Shown here piece after piece: positions 1 through 15,000 of a DNA stretch of 64,000 nt. Positions within the stretch are counted from its first letter, which is position 1, and each line of letters opens with the position of its first letter. Under the pieces are notes generated by a model. The model ran no database searches and was not told the DNA's origin. It saw nothing but the letters and a program-made list of their open reading frames with translations. The DNA comes from Gammaproteobacteria bacterium (GTDB taxonomy: Bacteria; Pseudomonadota; Gammaproteobacteria; Eutrophobiales; Eutrophobiaceae), in assembly GCA_965205955.1 (NCBI GenBank), contig OZ242192.1, positions 1,477,118 through 1,541,117 of the forward strand, read 5' to 3'. The translations under genes and the position numbers were made by a program.

Positions 1-14
1 CGGCGGGGGCTGCG

Positions 15-3000
15 GTGATGGAGGGGACAACCGCCACCTTCACGGTGACGGCGACCTCGGCTCCGGCGGCAGATCTGACCGTGACGGTTACGGTAGACGA
101 CGGGGCAGGCAACTTCATTGCCGGTGTAGCGCCGACGACGGTAACGATTACCGCCAGCGCCACGGAGGCCACGCTGATGGTGGCGACCATGGCCGACTCT
201 ATTGACGAGGCGAACGGCACGATAACGGCGACGGTGACCATAGGCGCCGGCTACACCGTGGATGGGACCAACAACACAGCCAGTGTCACCGTCAATGACG
301 ACGACGCTGAGCCGACGCTGGCGATTAGCTCGCCGAGCGTACCCGAGGGCAACAGCGGCTCGGTGATGTTGCGTTACACGGTGACGCTGACCGGGGCGAC
401 GGAGCGGGAAGTGACGGTGGACTACGCGGATGCGGGCACCGGCACGGCGACCTCGGGCACCGACTACGAAACGATTACTGCTGGCACACTGACCTTTACG
501 CCGGGCGATGCGACCACACAGGACATAGACGTAACGGTGACGGGAGACGCGATTGACGAGGGGGACGGGGAGACGGTCATCGTCACTCTGTCGGGCGCGG
601 TCAACGCGATGATTACAACCCCCGACGGCACTGGCACGATTACCGATGACGACGCCGAGCCGACGCTGACGATTAACTCGCCGAGTGTGGCAGAGGGCGA
701 CGCCGGCGAGACACCGACACTGACCTACACGGTGACACTGAACGGGGCGACGGAGCAGACGGTGACGGTGGACTATGCGGATGCGGGCGCTGGGGGCAGC
801 GGCACGGCGACCTCGGGCACCGACTACGACGCGATTACCCCTGACACGCTGACCTTTGTGCCGGGCACGACCACACAGACCATCACCGTAATGGTGACGG
901 GAGACACGGATGAAGAGGGGGACGAGACGGTCATCGTCACCCTGTCGAACCCGGACAACGCAACGATTGCAACCGCCGACGGCACCGGCACGATTCGCGG
1001 TGACGACGCCCCGGTATTGCCGACCATCTCAATCGCCGCTGGGCCTTCCCCGGTCACCGAGGCGGACAATGCCACCTTCACGCTGACGGCGGACCCGGCT
1101 CCGGGGACGGAGCTGATTGTGACGGTTACGGTGGACGACGGTTCGGGCAACTTCATTGCCAGCCCAGCGCCGACGATGGTAACGATTACCGCCAGCACCA
1201 CGACGGCCACGCTGATGGTGTCGACCGACGACGACTCTGTCGACGAGGCGGAGGGCATGATCACGGCGACGGTGACGGCCGGCGCAGGCTACACGATAGC
1301 TCTGTCGCCGGACAACAGCGCCACGGTCACGGTCGCAGATAACGACCCTGCGCCGACGCTGGCGATTAACTCGCCGACTGTGCTTGAAGGCGACAGCGGC
1401 AGCACGGCGATGCTGCGCTACACGGTGACGTTGAGCGGGGAGACGGAGCAGGAAGTCACGGTGGCCTACGCGGATGCGGCGGGCACGGCAACTCCGGACA
1501 CCGACTACGAAACGCTCACCGCCGGCACACTGACCTTTACGTCGGGCGGTGCGACCGCACAGAACATCGACGTAATAGTGACGGGGGACGCAATTGACGA
1601 GGAGGACGAGACCGTCGTCCTCAGACTGTCGGGCGCGGTCAACGCGGAGATTACAACTCCCGACGGTACTGGCACGATTACCGATGACGACGCTGCGCCG
1701 ACGCTGGCGATTGACTCGCTGAGTGTGGCAGAGGGCACCACCGGTGAGACACCGACACTGACCTACACGGTGACACTGACCGGGAATACAGAGCAGGAAG
1801 TCACGGTGGCCTATGCGGATGCGGGTGCTACGGGCGGCGGCACGGCGACATCGGGAACCGACTACGAAACGATTGCCGGCGGCACCCTGACCTTTGCGCC
1901 GGGCACGACCACACAGACCATCACCGTAACGGTGACGGGGGACACGGAGGACGAGGGGGACGGGGAGACGGTCATCGTCAGACTGTCGAACCCGAACCCG
2001 GTCGGAGTTATAATTACAACCCCCGACGGCACCGGCACGATTACCGATGACGACGACCCGACCTTGCCGGCTATCTCGATTGCCGCCGGGCCTTCCCCGG
2101 TGACCGAGGGGGACGATGCCACCTTTACGTTGACGGTGGCCCCGGCTCCGATGACGGATCTGACCGTGACGGTTACGGTAGACGACGGGGCCGGTGACTT
2201 CATTGCCAGTCCAGCGCCGACAATGGTAACGATTACCGCCAGCAACACCACGGTCACACTGACGGTGATGACCGAAGACGACACTACAGACGAGGCGGCA
2301 GGCATGATCACGGCGACGGTGACGATAGGCGCCGGCTATACGGTCAGCAGCCCATCCACAGCCCGTGTCACGGTCCAGGATAATGACATAGTCATCACCG
2401 GCACACCTACCGGCGCAGTGACGGAAGACGCGCCCACCGAAACCGCTACCGACACCCTGGTCGTGGAGGGCGGCTTTGTGGAACAGGACGGCACCACCGA
2501 CCGTGCGCGCGGGCTGGGCGCTTACGGCTCCTTTGTGCTGGATGCTACGTCCGGCGTCTGGATCTATACACTGAATAACGACCCCACCACCACTCAGGGC
2601 GCCGCCACCAACGCGCTGGCGGAAGGCGACGTGGTCACCGAGGTCTTCACTGCGGTGTCTGCCGCAGACCCCAGCGTGGAACAAGAAGTCACCATCACCA
2701 TTACCGGCGCCAATGACGCACCCACCGCCGATGCCGGTCTGATGCAAACCGTGACTCAGGGCATCACCGTCACCCTGGACGGCAGCGGCTCCAGCGACCC
2801 GGATACCGGAGATATGATTGATGCTTATGCCTGGACGCAAAGCAGTACACCGACCGTGACCCTGGATGCCACAATAGAGATGCCGACCTTCACAGCGCCG
2901 GCCGTAACTTCCCCCACCGACTTGGGCTTTAGTCTGGTAGTCAACGACGGCGACACCGATTCAGCCCCTGACCCTGTCACCATCACCGTCAATCCGGCCT

Positions 3001-6000
3001 CCGCCGCACCGGTCGTGAGTACGGTAGAGATTAGCAGTACCGGCCCCTATGCCGCCGGCGATGACATTGAGGTGACGGTGACCTTCAGCGAGATGGTCAA
3101 TGTGACAGACACCCCTCAGATTGCTCTGATGGTAGACGCCACCACCCGCCAGGCGACCTACGATAGCGGCACCGGCACCACGGCTTTGGTGTTCCTCTAC
3201 ACGGTGGTAGACGGGGAGAACGATGCGGACGGCGTGAGCATCCCCGCCAATTCCCTGGCCCAGGTCGCTGGCAGCACCATTCAGGACACCGACGGCACCG
3301 ATGATGCGACACTCACGCATCCTGCCGTGGACGCAGACCCCGCCCAGACCGTGGACACGACCGCGCCGACCGTGAGCGAGGTGGAGCTTAGCAGCGACGG
3401 CCCCTATGCCCTCGATGAGGACATTGAGGTTACGGTGACCTTCAGCGAGGCGGTCACTGTATCCGGCGCCCCGGAGATTACCCTGACGGTAGGTGCGAAC
3501 GAGCGCCAGGCGACCTTCAGTAGCGGCTCCGACACCGTTGCCCTGGTATTCACCTACACGGTGGCAGCCACGGAGACCGATGATAATGGGGTGAGCATCC
3601 CCGAAGACACGCTGGCCCAGGCCAGTGGCAGCGCCATTCAAGACACCGCCGGCAACGATGCGGTACTTGACCATGATGCCGTGGACGCAGATCCCGCCCA
3701 TGCGGTGGACACGACGGCCCCGGCCTTTGACAGCGCCACCGTCGACGCCGACGTGCTGGTACTGACGTACAGTGAAAACCTGGACGAAAGCTCTGCCCCG
3801 GACAATGGAGACTACACGATAGGGGTGACCCCCGGCACGGCCCCGACGGTCACCGGGGTGACCCTCAGCGGCACGGATGTGACTCTGATGCTGAGCACGC
3901 CCGTCACCAGCGACCAGACGGTCACGGTGAGCTACACGGTCGGCTCCACCCCGTTGCAGGACCTTGCCGGCAACGATGCCATCGAGCTGAGCGACGCGAC
4001 GGTAACCAACAACACGCCCATGGTGTTGCCGACCATCTCTATAGCTGCCGGGTCTTCCCCGGTGACCGAGGTGGACAATGCCACCTTCACGCTGACGGCG
4101 ACCCCGGCTCCGGGGACGGATCTGACCGTGACGGTGACGGTTACCGAGACGGGCACATTCCTTGGCAGTCCAGTGCCGACGACGGTAATGATTACCGCCA
4201 GCACCACCACGGCCACGCTGACGGTGCCGATCGACGACGACTCTATCGACGAGGCGCCGGGCATGATAACGGCGACGGTGACGGCCGGCACAGGCTACAT
4301 GGTAGACGGGGCAGGCAACACAGCCAGTGTCACGGTGAATGATAACGACGCTGCGCCGGCGCTGGCGATTGACTCGCCGCCGATGGTGACCGAGGGCGAT
4401 GACGGCGACACGGCAACGCTGAGCTACACGGTGACGCTGAGCGGGGATACGACGCAGGAAGTGACGGTGGACTACGCGGATGCCGGCCTTGTCGGCGGCG
4501 GCACGGCGACCTCGGGCGCCGACTACGAACCGATTACCGGCGGCACACTGACCTTTGCGCCGGGCACGACCACACAGACCATCGACGTAACGGTGAGGGG
4601 TGACGCAATTGACGAGCCGGACGAGGAGACGATCATCGTCATGCTGTCGAACCCGGACAACGCGACGATTGCAACAGACACGGGCACCGGCACGATTACC
4701 GATAACGACCCTGAGCCGACGCTGGCGATTGACTCGCCGAACATGTTCGAGGGTGACGACGGCGACACGGCGACGCTGCGCTACACGGTGACATTGAGCG
4801 GGGATACGGAGCGGGAAGTAACAGTGGGTTATGCGGATGCGGGCACCGGCACGGCGGCATCAGGAACCGACTACGAAGCGCTTACCGCCGGCACACTGAC
4901 CTTTGCGCCGGGCGGTGCGACCACACAGAACATAGACGTAACGGTGATGGGAGACGTGGATGATGAGGGGGACGAGGAGACGGTTGTCGTCAGACTGTCG
5001 GGCGCGGTCAACGCAACGATTACAACCCCCGACGGCACCGGCACGATTACCGATGACGACGACCCGCCGGCGCTGGCGATTAACGCACCGAGCGTAGACG
5101 AAGGCGACAGCGGTTCGGTGACGCTGAGCTACACGGTGACGCTGACCGGGACGACGGCACAGACGGTGATGGTGGACTACGCGGATGCCGGCAGCGGCAC
5201 GGCGACCTCAGGCACCGACTACGAAACGATTACCGGCGGCACACTGACCTTTACGCCGGGCGGTGCGACCACACAGACCATTGCCGTAACGGTGACGGGA
5301 GACACGATTGACGAGGAGGACGAGACCGTCATCCTCAGACTATCGGGAGCGGTCAACGCGGAGATTACAACCCCCGACGGCACCGGCACGATTGACGACG
5401 ACGACGACCCGCCGATGCTGGCGATTAGCTCGCCGACCATGAACGAGGGCAACAGCGGCAGGGCGATGCTGCGCTATGTGGTGACACTGACCGGGAATAC
5501 GGAGCGGGAAGTGACGGTGGACTATGCGGATACGAGCGGCGGCACGGCAACCTCGGGCACCGACTACGACCCGATTACCGCCGGCACACTGACCTTTGCG
5601 CCGGGCGGTGCGGCCACACAGAACATCGACCTAATGGTGGTGGGAGACACGATTGACGAGGAGGACGAGACGGTCATCCTCAGACTGTCGGGCGCGGTCA
5701 ACGCGACGATTTCAACCGCCGACGGCACCGGCACGATTACCGACGACGACGACGAGCCGACGCTGGCGATTAACTCGCTGACCGTGCCCGAGGGCGACAG
5801 CGGCTCGGTGATGCTGCGTTACACGGTGACACTGAACGGGGCGACGGCACGGACGGTGACGGTGCAGTATGCGGATGCGGGCACTACGGGCGGCGGCACG
5901 GCGACTTCGGGCGCCGACTACGACGCGATTACCGCCGGCACGCTGACCTTTACGCCGGGCGGTGCGGCCACACAGACCATCGACGTAATGGTGAGGGGCG

Positions 6001-9000
6001 ACACGATTGACGAGGAGGACCAGACGGTCATCCTCAGACTGTCGGGCGCGACCAACGCGACGATTACCACTCCCGACGGCACCGGCACGATTACCGACGA
6101 CGACGCTGAGCCGGGGCTGGCGATTAACTCGCCGAGCGTGGGCGAGGGCGACAGCATGCCGCTGCGCTACACGGTGAGGCTGATCGGGGCGACGGAGAAG
6201 GAAGTGACGGTGCAGTACGAGGATTCGAGAGCCGGTTCGGCAACCTCGGGCGCCGACTACGACGCGCTCACCGCTGCCACTTTGACCTTTGCGCCGGGCA
6301 CGACCACACAGAACATCGACGTAACGGTGACGGACGACACGATGAACGAGCTGACCGAGACCGTCCTCATCACCCTGTCGAACAACCCGGTCAACGCGAG
6401 GATTACAACGGGCACGGGCACCGGCAGGATTACCGATGACGACGTGCCGGTCATCTCTATAGCCGCCGGGCCTGCCGTGAACGAGGGGACGGCGGCTACC
6501 TTCACGCTGACGGCGAACCCTGCTCCGGCGGCGGACCTGACGGTCATGGTTACGGTGGACGACGGGGCGGGTGACTTCATTGACGGCGCGGCGCCGACGA
6601 TGGTAACGATTACCGCCGGCAACAGGGAAGCCACGCTGGATGTGAGGACCGATGACGACAGTACCGACGAGGTGGACGGCATGATAACGGTGACGGTGAC
6701 GGCTGGCGCCGGCTACATGGTAGCCGGAGGGGGAGACAGCACAGACAGTGTCACGGTCCGGGATGACGACGACCCGGTCATCTCGATTGCCGCGGGGGCT
6801 CCGGTGACCGAGGGGACGCCGGCAACCTTCACGGTGACGGCGAGCTCCGCTCCGATGACGAACCTGACCGTGACGGTTACGGTGGACGACGGGGCGGGCA
6901 ACTTCATTGCCAGTCCAGCACCGACGACGGTAACGATTCTCGCCAGCGCCATGATGGCCACGCTGACGGTGCCGACCACCGACGACACTACCGACGAGGC
7001 GAACGGCATGATAACGGCGACGGTGACGGACGGTGCAGGCTATACGGTGGACGGGGCCAACAACACAGACAGTGTCGCGGTCAATGACGACGACGACCCG
7101 CCGACGTTGGCGATTAACTCGCCGAGCGTAGACGAGGGCGACACCGGCGATATGCCGACACTGACCTACACAGTGACGCTGACCGGGGAGACGGAGCAGG
7201 AAGTGACGGTGGACTATGCGGATACGACTAGCGGCACCGCAGCCTCGGGCACCGACTACACCGCGATTACCGCCAGCACGCTGACCTTTGCGCCGGGCAT
7301 GACCACACAGCCCATCAACGTAACGGTGAGGGGGGACACGATAGACGAGCCGAACGAGACGGTCATCGTCATGCTGTCGAACCCGGACAACGCAACGATT
7401 ACCGCCGGCAGTGGTGTCGGTACCGGCACGATTACCGACGATGACGACCCGGTCATCTCGATTGTCGCGGCGGATCCCACGGTGATCGAGGGGGCGTCGG
7501 CGACCTTCACGGTGAGGGCGACCTCCGCTCCGGCGGCGAACCTGAGCGTGATGGTTGCCGTCACCGACGGGGCGGGCACGTTCATTACCGGCATGCCACC
7601 GACGACGGTAACGATTCCCGCCAGCGCCATGATGGCCACGCTGACGGTGCCGACCACCGACGACAATACCGACGAGGCGCCCGGCATGATAACGGCGACG
7701 GTGGAGACCGGCACAGGCTACAGGGTAGCCCCGCCGCCAGGCGACACAGCCCGTGTCACGGTCAATGATAACGACGCTCTGCCGAGGCTGGCGATTGACT
7801 CGCCGAGCGTGGGAGAGGGCAACACCGGCACGGCGACACTGAGTTACACAGTGACGCTGATCGGGGCGACGGCACGGACGGTGATGGTGGACTACGCGGA
7901 TGCGGGCGGCGGCACGGCGACCTCGGGCACCGACTACACCGCGATTACCGCCGGTACTACGCTGACCTTTGCGCCGGGCACGACCACACAGCCCATCAAC
8001 GTAACGGTGACGGGGGACACGACGGACGAGCCGAACGAGACGGTCTTCGTCATGCTGTCGAACCCGGTCAACGCAACGATTACCGCCGGCAGAGGCACGG
8101 GCACGATTACCGATGACGACGACCCGGAAATCTCGATTGTTGCCGGGGCTGCGGTGACCGAGGGGACGGCGGCAACCTTCACGCTGACGGCGAGCTCCGC
8201 TCCGGGGACAAACCTGACCGTGACGGTTACGGTGGATGACGGGGCCGGCAACTTCATTGCCGGTTCAGCGCCGACGACGGTAACGATTACCGGCGGCGAG
8301 AGGACGGCCATGCTGATGGTGCCGACCATGGCCGACTCTATTGACGAGGCGAACGGTATGATAACGGCGACGGTGGAGGACGGCACAGGCTATACGGTAG
8401 CCGGAGGGGGAGCCAACACAGCCAGTGTCGCGGTCAATGATAACGACCCCCCGCCGACGTTGGCGATTGACTCCCCGAGTGTGGCAGAGGGCGACGACGG
8501 TGATGCGCCGACACTGAGTTACACAGTGACGCTGACCGGGGATACCGAGCAGGAAGTGACGGTGGGCTACGCGGATGCGGACAGCGGCACCGCAACTTCG
8601 GGCACCGACTACGAAGCGGTTACCGCCGGCACACTGACCTTTGCGCCGGGCACAACCACACAGCCCATCGAGGTAACGGTGACGGGAGACGCGACTGATG
8701 TGGAGGACGAGACGGTCATCCTCACCCTGTCGGGCGCGGTCAACGCGACGATTACCACCGCCGACGGCACCGGCACGATTACCGATGACGATAGGGTGCC
8801 GGTAATCTCTATAGTTCCCTTCGGGCCGGAGACCGTGATCGAGGGGACGCCCCCTACGGCTGTCCGCTTCACTCTGATGGCGGACCCGGCTCCGATGGCG
8901 AATCTGACCGTGACCGTTACGGTGGACCCAGGCACGTACGCTGACGGTATCCCGCCGACGACGGTAACGATTACCGGCGGCGAGACGATGGCCATGCTGC

Positions 9001-12000
9001 CGGTACCGATCGAGAACGACGAGAGAGACGAGGCGAACGGCATGATAACCGCGACGGTGGAGACCGGCACAGGTTACACGGTAGCCTCGCCGCCAGGCAA
9101 CACAGCCAGTGTCGCGGTCGAGGATGACGACGACGAGCCGACGCTGGCGATTAACTCGCCGAGCGTGACCGAGGGCAACAGTGGCACGGCGACGCTGCGC
9201 TACGTGGTGACGCTGACCGGGATGACGGAGCGGGAAGTGACGGTGCGGTATGCGGAGGGCTCGGGCGGCACGGCGACTTCGGGCACCGACTACAACAGGA
9301 TTACCGGCGGCATGCTGACCTTTGCGTCGGGCACGACCACACAGAACATCGACGTAACGGTGAGGGGGGACACGACGGACGAGCCGAACGAGACGGTCAT
9401 CGTCACCCTGTCGAACCCGGACAACGCAACGATTATGACCGCCGACGGCACCGGCACGATTACCGACGACGACGACCCGGAAATCTCTATAGCTGCCGGG
9501 GCTGCGGTGACCGAGGGGACGGCGGCGACCTTCACGCTGACGGCGACCTCCGCTCCGGGGACAAACCTGACCGTGACGGTTACGGTGGACGACGGGAGCG
9601 GCAACTTCATTGCCGGTGTAGCGCCGACGACGGTAACGATTACCGGCACGACGGCCACGCTGAGGGTGCCGACCATGGGCGACTCTATTGACGAGGCCAA
9701 CGGCATGATAACGGCGACGGTGGAGACCGGCACCGGCTATACGGTAGACGGGACGAACAACAGCGCCAGTGTCGCCGTCAATGACGACGACGCTGCGCCG
9801 ACGCTGGCGATTGACTCCCCGAGTGTGGCAGAGGGCGACAGCGGCACGGCGACACTCAGCTACGAGGTGACGCTGACCGGGGCGACGGAGCGGGAAGTGA
9901 TGGTGCAGTATGCGGGCACAGGCGGCACGGCGACCTCGGGCACCGACTACACCGCGATTACTGCCGGCACGCTGACCTTTGCGCCGAGTGTGACCACACA
10001 GAACATCAACGTAACGGTGAGGGGGGACACGGTGGAGGAGATGAACGAGACGGTCTTCGTCACCCTGTCGAGCCCGGTCAACGCGACGATCGTCGGCAAT
10101 GGCAGAGGCACCGGCACGATTACCGATGACGATGGGGTGGTGGCACTGCCGGTAATCTCTATAAGGGCCGTCGGGTCTTTCGTGAACGAGGGAGTGCCGG
10201 CTATCTTCACGCTGACGGCGACCCCTGCTCCGATGGCGGATCTGACCGTGACCGTTACGGTGGATCCAGGCACGTACGCTGACGGTATCCCGCCGACGAC
10301 GGTAACGATTACCGGTGGCGAGACGACGGCCATGCTGACGGTACTGACCGAGAACGACATGAGACAGGAGCAGCCGTCGGGGATTATTTCTGGCCCGATA
10401 ACGGCGACGGTGGAGGACGGCGCAGGCTATACGGTAGGCTCGCCCAACACAGCCACTCTCTCTGTGATTGATGCCGACTCTCCGCCGTCTCTGAGCATTG
10501 ACTCGCCGAGCGTAGCCGAGGGCAACGCCGGGATGACGAGGTTGCGCTACACGGTGACACTGACTAACGAGTCGGAACTGATGGTGACGGTGGACTACGC
10601 GGATGAGACGGGCACTGCGGCCGGCGACACGGCGACCTCGGGCACCGACTACACCCCGCTCCCCTCTGGTACGTTGACCTTTGCGCCGCGCACGACCACA
10701 CAGAACATTGACGTAATGGTGATAGGGGACACGGATGTCGAGCCGGACGAGACGGTCATCGTCAGACTGTCGAATCCGGTGAACGCGAGGACTGGTTCCT
10801 CTTTAGACCGCACCGGCACCGGCACGATTACCGATGATGACCTGCCGGTCATCTCTATAGCCGCCGGGCCTTCCCCGGTGATCGAGGGGGCGCCGGCTAC
10901 CTTCAGGCTGACGGCGAACCCTGCTCCGGCGGCGAATCTGACCGTGACGGTTGCCGTGAGCGACGGGGCGGGCGACTTCATTGGCAGTCCGCCACCGCCG
11001 CCGACGGTGGTAATTCCCTCAGGAGGTTCGGTGACGCTGTCGGTGCCGACCAACGACGACACTGCCGACGAACCGAACGGCATGATCACGGCGACGGTGG
11101 GGAGCGGTACGGGCTACACGGTGGACGGGACGAACAACACAGCCAGTGTCACAGTCAATGATAACGACACGGCGGTGGTGCCGGTCATTTCTATAGCCGC
11201 CGGGACTTCCTCGGTGATCGAGGGGGCGCCGGCGACCTTCACGCTGAGGGCGAACGTTCCTCCGCCGGCGACTCTGACCGTGATGGTTACCGTTACCGCC
11301 TCGGGCGACTTCATTGGCAGTCCGTTGCCGACGACAGTGATGATTACCACGTCAGGTTTGGTGACGCTGACGGTACCGACCATGGACGACTCTATCAACG
11401 AACCGGATGGCATAATAACGGTGACGGTGACGGCCGGTACGGGCTACACGGTAGCCACAGGGGGAGGCAACACGGCCAGTGTCACGGTCCAGGATAACGA
11501 CGTGCCGGCCATCTCCATAGCCGCCGGGCCCCCGGTGACCGAGGGGGCGCTGGTTACCTTCACGCTGACGGCGAACCCTACTCCGGCGGCGGATCTGACC
11601 GTGACGGTTACCGTCACCGACTCGGGCGACTTCATTACCGGTGCGCCGCCGGCGACGGTAACGATTACCGGCAGTGCCACGACGGCTACGCTGGAGGTGC
11701 CGACCACCGACGACACTACCCCCGAGACGCTCGGAATGATAACGGCGATGGTAACGGCGGGCGACGGCTACACAGTCGGTACCCCGGCCATGGCCACGGT
11801 CGATGTACGGGATGACGATACAGGGATAGTTATCTCTATAGTCGCCGGGACTTCCCCGGTGCCCGAGGGGATGGCGGCGACCTTCACGCTGACGGCGGAC
11901 CCTGCTCCGTTGGCGAACCTGACCGTGACGGTTACCGTTACCGACTCGGGCGACTTCATTACCAGTGCGCCGATGCCGACGGTGGTAATTCCCCCGGCAG

Positions 12001-15000
12001 GTTCGGTGACGCTGACGGTGCCGACCACCGACGACACTACCCCCGAGCCGAACGGCGTGATAACGGCGACGGTGACGTCCGGCGCCGGCTACATGCCAGC
12101 CGGAGGGGGAGCCGACAGCGCCAGTGTCACGGTGAATAATGACGACCGCGAGGCACCGACAGAACCGGGTGTCTTCGTCTCCCAGACGGAACTCAGTATT
12201 GAAGAAGGTAGCGAGGCCATCTACACCGTGGTACTCGACACCGCGCCGACGGACGATGTCACGATTACCCCGATGGTCGCTCCTGCCTCGGATGTACTCA
12301 GCGAGACTTTCTCTTCGGGCGACGAAGTGCCGGCAACGGTATCCGAGGCGCTGACCTTCACCCCGGCCAACTGGAACGTGCCACAGCCCGTCACTGTAAC
12401 CGGCGTGGACAACAACAGAACAGGAGCCCTCTTCCTGCAGGTGAGAGTGCGCCATATGGCCTCGAGCTCGGACGGCGACTATGACAGTGTGGGCATCGCG
12501 AGCGTGAGAGTCGACGTGTTCGATGACGATCCTTTGCTCATCATCTCCCATACGGAACGCACGGTGGCTGAAGCTGGCGGCATGGCCGAATACACCGTAG
12601 TGATGGGCTTCAGGCTGAGCGTAGATTTACCTGTTAGCCTGGTGAGCGATGCCCCCACGGTGGCGACGGTATCGCCGCCGGATCTGACCTTCACCCCGTC
12701 CAACTGGGATACGCCGCGGACCGTGACCGTGACCGGCGTGAACGACCCCTTCGACAATCCCGATGACCGCACTGCGACCATCAGCCATACGCATATGGTT
12801 GACGGTCGCGACTTTGGATCGCCTTCTCTTACGGAGGATATTCGCAACTTTGTATCGAGATCTGTGGTCGTCACCGCGACCGATGATGAGACCGCCGGCG
12901 TCACCATCTCCCCAGCCCCAGGGATGCCCATGGTTTCTTTAGGGGACGAAGCGACCTACACTGTGGTGCTGGATACCCCTCCGACCGACGGGGTATTAAT
13001 AATCCTTAGGGAAGAATTCTTTCAAGACGGGTCGGCGATGGTGGTTGATGTATCGCCGTTTGATGAGAGGACTCTGATTCCTCTGCCTCTGAGGTTTACC
13101 CCGTCCGCTTGGAACGTGCCACAGACCGTGACCGTGTTTGGCCGTGAAGTCGGCACTGCGAGCCTCATGTATAGTGCCGGGAGTAGAGACGACAGCTATC
13201 ATGAGATAGACATTGCGCCTCTGGTCATCACCGTGGCTGATAACGGTCCCGTCGCCCGCGTCCGCGTTTCGCCGGCGATGGTTCAGGTGGGCGAGGATAG
13301 CGGCACGACGGAGTACACCGTAGTGCTGGACAACCGGCCGCCGACGGCCGATGTCACCATCACTCCGGCGAGTGGTGACACTGCGATAGCGACGGTATCG
13401 CCGACGGAGCTGACCTTCACCCCGGACAACTGGAACATAGCGCAGCCCGTCACCGTCACCGGTGTGGACGACCCCGACTATAACCCCCCCTTCGGCAACC
13501 GCGCTGTGGCCGTAAGCCATACGGCTGCGAGCTCGGACGTCAACTATAACGGAAGAAGCATAGATCCTGTGACCGTCACCGTAGTAGATGACGAAATACG
13601 GCCAGCAGGAGTCATCGTTACAGATATAATCGGCGGTTTGATCATCGTGGGCGAACTGGACGACTTCGACACCGAACTGGGCATGGGCCGCACCAACACC
13701 TACGCCCTGGTGCTCAACAGACAGCCGACGGACAATGTCACCGTCACTCCGAGGAGTGGCGACACTGCGATAGCGAGGGTGAGCGGGGCGCTGACCTTCA
13801 CCCCGGACAACTGGAACACAGCGCAGACCGTCACCGTGACCGGCGTGAATGACGACGTTGATAATAGCGGCGACACCCGCACTGTGACCATAACCCATAC
13901 GGCTGTGAGCATGGAGGACGCCTATGACGGGATAACCATAGATACTGTGACCGTCACCGTAGAAGATGACGACACCCCCGGCGCCATCGTCTCCCCGACG
14001 GAACTCAGTATTGAAGAAAATGGCGATGGCATCTACACCGTGGTACTCGGCACCGTGCCGACGGCCCCTGTCATGATTACCCCGATGGTCGCTCCTAACT
14101 CGGATGTACTCAGCGAGACTTTCTCTCCAGGCGACGAAGTGCCGGCAACGGTATCCGGGGTGGCACTGACCTTCACCACGACCAACTGGAACGTGCCACA
14201 GACCGTCACCGTAACCGGCGTGGACAACAACAGAACAGGAACCCTCTTCCTGCGGGTGAGAGTGCGCCATATGGCCGAGAGCTTGGACAGCGACTATAAC
14301 GGGGTGGGCATCGCGAGCGTGAGAGTCGACGTGTTTGATGACGATCCTTTGCTCATCATCTCCGAATCGGCACTCACGGTTGCAGAAAATGGCGGCATGG
14401 CCACATACACCGTAGTGATGGGCGTCAGGCTGAGCGTAGATTTACCTGTTAGCCTGGCGAGCGACACGACCTCGGTGGCGACGGTATCGTCGACGGGGCT
14501 GACCTTCACCCCGGACAACTGGGATACGCCGCAGACCGTGACCGTGACCGGCGTGAACGACCCCTTCGACAATCCCGATGACCGCACTGCGACCATCAGC
14601 CATACGCATATGGTTGATGGTCGCGACTTTGGATCGAGTTCGGAGGAGGAGGATATTCGCGAACTTGTATCGAGATCTGTGGTCGTCACCGCGATCGATG
14701 ATGAGACCGCCGGCGTCACCATCTCCCCAGATATGCACATGGTTTCTGTAAGGAGCAGAGCGACCTACACTGTGGTGCTGGACACCCCTCCGACCGACGG
14801 GGTATTAATAATCCTTAGGGAAGAATTCTTTCAAGACGGGGCGGCGATGGTGGTTGATGTATCGCCGTTTGATGCGAGGACTCTGATTCCTCTGCCTCTG
14901 AGGTTTACCCCGTCCACCTGGAACGTGCCACAGACCGTGACCGTGTTTGGCCGTGAAGCCGGCACTGCGAGCCTCATGTATAGGGCCAGGAGTAGAGACG

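Noticed and set aside
824-14740. Dozens of minus-strand and off-frame ORFs (60-600 aa) overlapping the giant adhesin gene, e.g. 1029..2840, 11352..12551, 12996..14270.
   Set aside because: They are antisense or out of frame to one continuous 15-kb coding frame in GC-rich repetitive DNA. Their translations are Arg/Gly/His-rich or mirror-image low-complexity sequences. They recur once per repeat unit, which marks them as artifacts of the repeat.
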